Shown here: piece after piece, positions 58,202 to 64,000 of the stretch | Numbering within the stretch: position 1 is the stretch's first letter | Layout: each line of letters starts with the position of its first letter | Source: an uncultured Acidobacteriota bacterium | Lineage (GTDB): Bacteria; Acidobacteriota; Vicinamibacteria; Vicinamibacterales; CAVVIG01 | NCBI GenBank assembly: GCA_963757655.1 | Contig: CAVWSQ010000001.1 | Location: forward strand, 742,897 to 806,896 | Reading direction: 5' to 3' | DNA length: 64,000 bases | Notes under the pieces: model-generated | What the model was told of the DNA's origin: nothing | The model's input: the letters and a program-made list of their open reading frames with translations, nothing else | Database searches by the model: none | Position numbers and translations under genes: made by a program

Positions 58202-59033
58202 TCGTTTGCCGTTCGTCGTTCGACGTTCGTCGTTCGCCGCCGGTCTGACGCTGGCGCTGACCGTCCTCCTTGCCGGCGTCGCCGGCTCCCAGCCCAAGGC
58301 GGCTCCCCTCCCTGAGTTGACCGCGCCGGTCAACGACTTCGCGAAGGTCATCGATGCCGAGAGCGCCAGCGCCCTGGACCGGATGATTCGGACGCTCCAG
58401 ACGGCGACCGGCGACATCGTGGTCGTTGTCACCGTGCCGACCATCGAGCCCTACGGCGACATCAGCCAATACGCCGTCAAGCTGTTCGCGAACAACGGCA
58501 AGGGCATTGGACAGAAGGGCAAGAACAACGGACTCCTGATCCTGCTGGCGCTGAAAGAGCGCAGCGTGAAGGTCGAGGTCGGCTACGACCTGGAGCAGTG
58601 GATCACCGACGGGTTCAGCGGTGAGACCAGCCGCGAGGTGATGGCGCCGTTCTTCCGCGACGGGCGCTATGGAGAGGGACTGCGCGCTGGCGCCGAGCGC
58701 ATCATCGGCCGGATCGCGCAAGGGCGCGGCGTCACCCTCGACGGCGTGCGGGTACCGCGGCAGAGCTCGCGCCAGCGCGGCTCAGGCATCCCTGGCTGGC
58801 TCCCGATCGCGGTGTTCCTCGCCATCCTGTTCCTCAGCCGCATCGGGGGCGGTGGTGGACGCCGCGGCCGCTTCTGGAACGGCGGCGGCTGGTCGAGCGG
58901 CGTCGGCCCGTTCGGCGGCGGCTTTGGCGGTGGCTTCGGCGGCGGCGGTGGCGGCGGCGGCGGATTTGGCGGCGGCTTCGGCGGCTTCGGCGGTGGGAGC
59001 AGCGGCGGCGGCGGTGGCGGCGCCAGTTGGTAG
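58191..59033 (+). CDS. TPM-domain (YgcG-like) protein with TM segment and Gly-rich tail
   Basis: Signal peptide, then LTAPVNDFAKVIDAESASALDRMIRTLQTATGDIVVVVTVPT...LLILLALKERSVKVEVGYDLE (TPM). TM WLPIAVFLAILFL. Tail GGGFGGGFGGGGGGGGGFGG. GTG 58191 or TTG 58206 start. The N-terminus is encoded by the heptamer array. Confidence 0.8.
   Translation: MRVSRLPFVVRRSSFAAGLTLALTVLLAGVAGSQPKAAPLPELTAPVNDFAKVIDAESASALDRMIRTLQTATGDIVVVVTVPTIEPYGDISQYAVKLFANNGKGIGQKGKNNGLLILLALKERSVKVEVGYDLEQWITDGFSGETSREVMAPFFRDGRYGEGLRAGAERIIGRIAQGRGVTLDGVRVPRQSSRQRGSGIPGWLPIAVFLAILFLSRIGGGGGRRGRFWNGGGWSSGVGPFGGGFGGGFGGGGGGGGGFGGGFGGFGGGSSGGGGGGASW
58201..58235. repeat. Heptanucleotide tandem array (GTCGTTN)x5
   Basis: gtcgttt gccgttc gtcgttc gacgttc gtcgttc. 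Begins at the last base of the upstream TAG stop, the same TTAGTCGTT junction as at 55538-55546. Confidence 0.9.
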
Positions 59034-59042
59034 AATGCCTGT

Positions 59043-59621
59043 ATGAAGATCACGCGACGAGCTCTGATGCCGATGGTCGCGCTGGCAGTGGCGGCGACGC
59101 CGCTGACCGGCTGTTCGTACAACACGTTCGTCAGCCAGGAGCAGGCGATCAAGGCGCAATGGGCACAGGTCGAGAACCAGCTCCAGCGGCGCAACGATCT
59201 GATCCCCAACCTGGTGGAAACGACCAAGGGCTTTGCGCAGCACGAGGAGGCGGTCTACAAGGACATCGCAGACGCCCGCTCGCGACTGCTCGCGGCGAAG
59301 TCGCCCGAGGAAACCATCGCCGCGGCCAACCAGCAGACCTCGGCGCTCGGCCGGCTGCTGGCGGTGGTGGAGAACTATCCCCAGCTCAAGTCGAACGAAC
59401 AATTCAACCGTCTGATGGACGAGTTGGCCGGCACCGAGAATCGCATCGCGGTCGAACGGATGCGCTATAACGAGGCGGTGCAGAACTACAACACCTCGCG
59501 CGGGCAGTTCCCCTCCAACCTGACCGCGAAGATGTTCGGCTTCAAGGAATATCCGTTCTTCCAGGCGCCGGCCGAAGCCAAGCAGGTCCCCAAGGTCAAC
59601 TTCGGCAAGCCGACGCCGTAG
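59043..59621 (+). CDS. lemA: LemA family protein
   Basis: Lipoprotein-like start ...LTGCSYN. QEQAIKAQWAQVENQLQRRNDLIPNLVETTKGFAQHE...ENYPQLKSNEQF..L..EL.GTENRIAVERMRYNEAV..YN is canonical LemA. Confidence 0.9.
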   Translation: MKITRRALMPMVALAVAATPLTGCSYNTFVSQEQAIKAQWAQVENQLQRRNDLIPNLVETTKGFAQHEEAVYKDIADARSRLLAAKSPEETIAAANQQTSALGRLLAVVENYPQLKSNEQFNRLMDELAGTENRIAVERMRYNEAVQNYNTSRGQFPSNLTAKMFGFKEYPFFQAPAEAKQVPKVNFGKPTP

Positions 59622-59630
59622 CCGGGTGCC

Positions 59631-60557
59631 GTGACGCCACAGATTCTGCTGCCATGGGAACGGTTGCTCTGGAGTGGCCGTCCGTGGCGTCTCCTGCCCG
59701 CGCTGCGTGGCGAGCGTTACCTGCTCACCGACTTTCGCCTGCTTCGCCTCACCCGTACCACTACCGCCGAAGTCACGCTCGACGAAGTCGGGGACGTCCA
59801 GCGCACGGAGTCGACGGCGGATCGCCTCCTCGGAACCTCGTCGATCGTGATTCATCACAGCGACGGCCGCCCGGCGCTGACGCTGAGCGCCGTGCGCCGG
59901 GGCGCCCAGTTGGCAGCGCTGCTCGAGCTGATCGCCGGCGATCCGCGCGCCCCGCGCGACGCCGACGCCGTCCGAGCGGCGCTGGCCTGGGAACCGACGC
60001 CGCCGGCGGTCGACTTGCGTGGAGCGCTCGCCGGCTTCATCGGCGTATTGATCGCGATTGTCGCGCTCGCCGCCGGGCTGCACGGCACCTCCGTCGCCAT
60101 CACCTACGCGGCCGACGAGGTTCTGACCCCGAACGGGGAAAAACGCAGTCAGGCTGACATCATTCGATTCATGGAGTCACAGGTGATGCCCTGGGCCCGC
60201 GTCACGCTCGGACGCCTCAAGGGCGGCCCTGATCGCATCACCTGCGAGACGTGTCACGGCGCGCACGCCGAGGCACGCCAATGGCGGATGCCGGCAGTCG
60301 CTGCGCTGCCGCAGCCCGATATCAGAGATCGAGCCTGGGAAATCTATCACTCGAATATCGACGCACAAATGCGTAATGCCATCTACGGCTATCTGGCCGA
60401 GTCGGACAACCAGGCCAAGGCCGCCTACATGCGCGAGATTGTGGTGCCAGGCATGTCGGGCCTGCTGCACCGTCCGGCGTACGATTTCACGCAATCGTAC
60501 GAATACAATCGCTCGCGCCACGCGCTGGGCTGCTATCATTGCCATCAAGTTCAGTGA
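59631..60557 (+). CDS. Membrane protein: N-terminal bacterial PH-like domain, one TM, C-terminal domain with two CxxCH haem-c motifs
   Basis: GTG start. ERLLWSGRP...YLLTDFRLLRL...VGDVQRTES..DRLLGTSSIVI (bPH-like). TM LAGFIGVLIAIVALAAGL. CETCH and CYHCH motifs in a context resembling reaction-centre cytochrome c-type domains. Confidence 0.65.
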   Translation: MTPQILLPWERLLWSGRPWRLLPALRGERYLLTDFRLLRLTRTTTAEVTLDEVGDVQRTESTADRLLGTSSIVIHHSDGRPALTLSAVRRGAQLAALLELIAGDPRAPRDADAVRAALAWEPTPPAVDLRGALAGFIGVLIAIVALAAGLHGTSVAITYAADEVLTPNGEKRSQADIIRFMESQVMPWARVTLGRLKGGPDRITCETCHGAHAEARQWRMPAVAALPQPDIRDRAWEIYHSNIDAQMRNAIYGYLAESDNQAKAAYMREIVVPGMSGLLHRPAYDFTQSYEYNRSRHALGCYHCHQVQ

Positions 60558-60952
60558 CCCGCGATAGCGATCGATCCGCAATCGTCCCCGCCGCTGTGCC
60601 GCGTCGCCGGCTGTTGAGCTCGTGGAGCGCCCACGACTGGTGCGGTGGCGTGCGCGTCGACGACCTGTCGGCGCTCGAGCGCCTGATTGTGACGACGGCG
60701 AACAGCATCTACGAGATCGTCCTGGTCGCGCCGGACCGGGCGGAAGTCCTGATCCGGGGCGGCGTCTACTTTCCGGTCTTCACGCCGGCGCGCCTCGCCG
60801 GCAGTTCGCTGGGCGGCAGCTTCCTCAAACTGCGCAGCGTGCACGTCGGCTTCCGGCTCGAGCTCGGCACCGAGCGCGGCTTCATCATCACCAGCCCCGT
60901 CCGCGCCGTCGCCGTCGCCGAGCCGGTCGTCGATTCCAACGACATCATGTAG
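60554..60952 (+). CDS. Hypothetical beta-rich protein (132 aa)
   Basis: GTG 60554 overlaps the upstream TGA (GTGA). The stop TAG abuts the next ATG. No recognised motif. Confidence 0.5.
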   Translation: MTRDSDRSAIVPAAVPRRRLLSSWSAHDWCGGVRVDDLSALERLIVTTANSIYEIVLVAPDRAEVLIRGGVYFPVFTPARLAGSSLGGSFLKLRSVHVGFRLELGTERGFIITSPVRAVAVAEPVVDSNDIM

Positions 60953-62185
60953 ATGCGCGGTCGGGGCGGACTTCGCCACGCAGCAGCCATCCTCGTCCTG
61001 GTGGTCGCGTGCGCAGCTCTCGGCGGGCAGCGTCCTGTCGCGGGACCGCCGATCGTCATCCTGATCTCGTTCGACGGCTGGCGCTGGGACTACGTCGATC
61101 GCCTGGCGGCGCCGAATCTCAGGGCGCTCGCCGCCCGAGGCGTACGCGCGACGGCGATGATCCCGTCGTTTCCGGTCCTCACCTTCCCGAACCATTACAC
61201 CATCGTCACCGGGCTCTACCCCGAGCACCACGGTGTGGTTGGCAACACGATGCGCGACGCAAAAATGCCCGAGCGCTTCACGCAGTCTTCACGAACCGCC
61301 AAGGACGCGCGGTGGTGGGGAGGCGAGCCGCTGTGGGTGACCGCGATCAGACAGGGACGCCGTGCGGCGACGATGTTCTGGCCCGGGAGCGAAGCGGCGA
61401 TCGACGGCGTCAGACCGACCTACTGGAAGCGCTACGACAAGACGTTCCCGACGGCCGACCGCGTCGCGCAAGCATTGACGTGGCTGGCGCTCCCCGCTGA
61501 CCGGCGGCCGTCGTTCGTGAGCCTGTACTTCGAGGAAGTCGACACGGTGGGGCATGACTTCGGCCCGGACTCGCCGGAGCTCACCAGCGCGGCGTCGCAC
61601 CTCGACAAAGCGCTCGGACAGCTCGTGGCGGGCATCCGGCGGCTCGGACTCGACGATCGCACGTCCATCGTGATCGTCTCGGATCATGGCATGACACCCC
61701 TCTCCTACAACCGCGTCGTCTACCTCGACGCGATGATCGATCTCGATTCGGTCGACATCCTCGAGTCGGGCAGCACCCTGGCCATCGATCCGCGGGACGG
61801 CGACGTCGATGGCCTCTATCGGCGCCTCCACGGCAAGCACCCGAAGCTGGCGATCTACCGGAGAGCGGAGGTGCCGGCACGGCTCCACTTTCGCGACAAT
61901 GCGCGCATTCCGGCGATTATCGGAGTACCGGCCGACGGCTGGACGGTGACGTCGGGACAGCGCCTGACCGTGGAGGAGTTGCACGCCGGCGCCCACGGCT
62001 ACGAGCCGACGACGTCAGACATGGGTGCGCTGTTCGTTGCCGCCGGTCCATCGCTCCGGCACGGGCTCGTCGTCACGCCGTTCGAGAACATCCACGTCTA
62101 CGATCTGCTCTGTCGGATTCTGCAGATCATTCCAGCCAAGAACGACGGCCGCTCGAGCGTGACGGACGGCTTCCTGCGCCGTTGA
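60953..62185 (+). CDS. Ectonucleotide pyrophosphatase/phosphodiesterase (ENPP, alkaline phosphatase superfamily)
   Basis: ILISFDGWRWDY..., PSFPVLTFPNHYTIVTGLYPEHHGVVGN, VSDHGM, GAHGYEP. The catalytic Thr and metal-ligand pattern are present. Confidence 0.85.
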   Translation: MRGRGGLRHAAAILVLVVACAALGGQRPVAGPPIVILISFDGWRWDYVDRLAAPNLRALAARGVRATAMIPSFPVLTFPNHYTIVTGLYPEHHGVVGNTMRDAKMPERFTQSSRTAKDARWWGGEPLWVTAIRQGRRAATMFWPGSEAAIDGVRPTYWKRYDKTFPTADRVAQALTWLALPADRRPSFVSLYFEEVDTVGHDFGPDSPELTSAASHLDKALGQLVAGIRRLGLDDRTSIVIVSDHGMTPLSYNRVVYLDAMIDLDSVDILESGSTLAIDPRDGDVDGLYRRLHGKHPKLAIYRRAEVPARLHFRDNARIPAIIGVPADGWTVTSGQRLTVEELHAGAHGYEPTTSDMGALFVAAGPSLRHGLVVTPFENIHVYDLLCRILQIIPAKNDGRSSVTDGFLRR

Positions 62186-62211
62186 CAATATATCGGACTC
62201 CGGAATAACAT
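62182..62211 (+). promoter_or_regulatory. Sigma70-like promoter candidate for leaderless padR
   Basis: TTGACA (62182-87), 18-nt spacer, TAACAT (62206-11), GTG start at 62219 (7 nt later). No SD. Confidence 0.35.
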
Positions 62212-62218
62212 CCCTGGC

Positions 62219-62548
62219 GTGATTGGCGAGGCGAAAAAAGGATCCGCGGAGCTGGTCGTGCTCGCGCTGCTGGAGAACGAGGCGCGCCACGGATACGATC
62301 TCGTCAAGATCATCGAACAGCGCTCGGCGGGCGCCCTCACCTTCAACTTCGCGTCGCTCTACGCCACGCTCTACAGGCTCGAAGAGCGGCGCCTCGTCCA
62401 GGGCAGCTGGATCGAACGGGCCGGCCAGCGCCGACGGCGCTACTACCGCATTACCGCCAGAGGACGTGGGGTCCTCGCCGCCCAGCGGGCCGAGTGGAAA
62501 GCGCTGTTTGCATTGGTCAGCGACTTGGCGGGGCTGTCGAATGCCTGA
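62219..62548 (+). CDS. PadR family transcriptional regulator
   Basis: SAELVVLALLENEARHGYDLVKIIEQRSAGALTFNFASLYATLYRLEERRLVQGSW......RRRYYRITARG. Confidence 0.9.
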   Translation: MIGEAKKGSAELVVLALLENEARHGYDLVKIIEQRSAGALTFNFASLYATLYRLEERRLVQGSWIERAGQRRRRYYRITARGRGVLAAQRAEWKALFALVSDLAGLSNA

Positions 62549-64000
62549 GTGGGGTCTGAGTGACTGGACGGCGCTGGTGCGCCGCCACGCGGACGCCACG
62601 GGGCAGCCGCTGTCACCCGAGGTCGTGGAAGAACTGGCCGAGCACATCGCGGACGTGTACGCCGCCGAGCGGGACGCGGGCCGAAGCGACCGTGCCGCCG
62701 CCAACAGCGCGATCGCGATCCTGACGGCAGGGGCCTACGACGAAATTGCCGAGCGGCATCGCGCGCACCTCGGTTCGTCGCGGCTGATCGCGCGCGACGC
62801 CGACCGACCCGCGCGCCTGTGGGCGGACATCGGCTTCGACCTGCGCTACGCGTGGCGCAGCATGTGTCGTCAGCCCGCGTTCACCCTGGCGGTCCTCATC
62901 ATCCTCGCTGTAGGCATCGGTGCAACGACCTCCGCCTATGCGGTGATCGACGCGGTGCTGCTGCGGCCGCTGCCCTATCCCGCGCCCGATCGACTCGTGG
63001 TTCTGTCGCGCGTGACGCCGAAGGGCAACACGCGGGCGCTCGCGGCGGCCGACTGGCTCGACCTCTCGGCGGCGGACGAGGCGTCACTCGCGTTGGCGGC
63101 GTACGCGTCGTGGCCGGAGAACCTGACCGGCGGCGGCGAGCCGGAACGGCTGCGTTCTGTCATCGTGTCGGGCAATTTCTTCGACGTCGTCGGGCAGGTG
63201 CCGGCGCTTGGACGCGTCAGCATCCCGGCCGACGACACCCCGTCGGCTTCGGGCGTGGCCGTTCTCAGCCACGGGTTCTGGGAGCGGCGCTTTGGGGGCG
63301 ACCTCTCGGTCATCGGCGGAACCATACTGCTGAACGGCCGGCCGGTGACCATCGTCGGCGTGATGCCGGAGGAATTCGCGATCCCGAGCCGCGACGTCGA
63401 CCTGTGGATGCCGATGGCGCTGGCGCCGGACATCCTCGCCGATCGGGCGAGCGAATGGCTGTCGGTGGTCGGGCGGTTGCGCCCGGCCGTGACCGCGCGC
63501 GCAGCGCAAGCCGCGCTCAACGCCACTTCCGACTCGCTGGCACATCGCTTTCCCGAGACCAACAAGGATCGGCGCGTCGCCATCCACTCGCTGCTGGAAG
63601 AAACGATCGGCGGCGTCAGCCGCCCGCTATGGCTGGGCGGTCTCGCCGCCCTGTTCGTGCTGCTCGCCGGCTGCGCGAATGCCGCCAATCTGATGATCGC
63701 GCGGGCGACGCTGCGGCGCGACGAGATCGCGATCCGATTCGCGCTCGGTGCGCACCCGTTGCGGCTGGCGCGTCAGCTACTGGTTGAGAGCGCGGTGCTC
63801 GCCTCGTTCGGTGCGACGCTGGGCGTCGGCGCGGCCGCGGTGTTCCTTCGGGCGTTCGTGCTGCTTGCCGGCGGCGCCATCCCGCGCGTCGATCACCTGC
63901 AGCTGAATGCCGCGGCGCTGGGTGTGGCGATCGGCGCCGCCCTCGGTACCGCGCTGCTCTTCGGCGGCACCGCGGCGTGGTTGCTCGTGAACCGGGCCTC
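62541..64000 (+). CDS. FtsX/MacB-type ABC transporter permease, duplicated 'orphan permease' type (partial, continues past window end)
   Basis: Not in the ORF track (no stop in the window). ATG 62541 overlaps the padR stop by 8 nt. My translation: MPEWGLSDW...LRYAWRSMCRQPAFTLAVLIILAVGIGATTSAYAVIDAVLLRPLPYPAPDRLVVL...NFFDVVG...LLNGRPVTIVGVMPEEF...LGAHPLRLARQLLVESAVLA (MacB_PCD + FtsX). Confidence 0.85.
   Translation, partial: MPEWGLSDWTALVRRHADATGQPLSPEVVEELAEHIADVYAAERDAGRSDRAAANSAIAILTAGAYDEIAERHRAHLGSSRLIARDADRPARLWADIGFDLRYAWRSMCRQPAFTLAVLIILAVGIGATTSAYAVIDAVLLRPLPYPAPDRLVVLSRVTPKGNTRALAAADWLDLSAADEASLALAAYASWPENLTGGGEPERLRSVIVSGNFFDVVGQVPALGRVSIPADDTPSASGVAVLSHGFWERRFGGDLSVIGGTILLNGRPVTIVGVMPEEFAIPSRDVDLWMPMALAPDILADRASEWLSVVGRLRPAVTARAAQAALNATSDSLAHRFPETNKDRRVAIHSLLEETIGGVSRPLWLGGLAALFVLLAGCANAANLMIARATLRRDEIAIRFALGAHPLRLARQLLVESAVLASFGATLGVGAAAVFLRAFVLLAGGAIPRVDHLQLNAAALGVAIGAALGTALLFGGTAAWLLVNRA

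Noticed and set aside
1-64000. tRNA/rRNA genes, riboswitches upstream of purine genes, transposases, integrases, prophage or known defence genes
   Set aside because: Intergenic regions are mostly under 150 nt. By eye none shows cloverleaf-like or purine-riboswitch-like structure, and no ORF has recombinase, nuclease-helicase or Cas-like motifs. Absence by eye is not proof; tRNAscan/Infernal would settle it.

Overview
Very GC-rich bacterial chromosomal window, about 60 densely packed genes. Long arginine/alanine-rich 'shadow' ORFs lie antisense to almost every real gene. Several features suggest an Acidobacteriota-like organism (inference only): a PadR + FtsX-type 'orphan permease' pair, a secreted VWA protein, TamAB, and many Gly-rich secreted proteins. 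I saw no rRNA, tRNA, CRISPR array, transposase, integrase or recognisable defence system.

Largest functional block (about 14.9-33.6 kb, mostly minus strand): a purine/urate catabolism supercluster.
- Three-subunit xanthine-dehydrogenase-type enzyme, uricase, HIU hydrolase, OHCU decarboxylase, allantoinase and allantoicase. The last four are translationally coupled.
- A dihydropyrimidinase, a PreA-like flavoenzyme without an Fe-S tail, an NCS1 permease, an MFS transporter and a LysR regulator.
- Unexpected genes interrupt it: an ALG1-like glycosyltransferase, a CitE/HpcH-like lyase-fold protein, a small OM barrel and a VWA protein.

Most notable observation: the B12-binding radical SAM gene at 52.6-54.0 kb does not end at the TGA used by the ORF track. 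Reading through gives ...WYC-U-A-E-P..., a Cys-Sec 'CUAEP' tail, with a hairpin directly after the UGA. This is a likely selenoprotein of unknown function. It sits next to an ATP-grasp ligase and a YggX-like iron protein, and is divergent from a POT peptide transporter.

Other points:
- A tightly packed six-gene envelope operon: unknown / TPM / LemA / PH-domain dihaem cytochrome / unknown / ENPP.
- Three families of heptanucleotide tandem arrays sitting exactly at gene boundaries.
- A REP-like palindrome mini-array.
- A frameshifted OmpA-family gene.
- A (CT)7(CG)9 microsatellite.
- An orphan molybdopterin subunit with a coupled micro-ORF.
- A DnaA-N-domain-only protein, a bacterial TopIB and a stand-alone LigD phosphoesterase domain.

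All family assignments come from motif recognition by eye, not from database searches.
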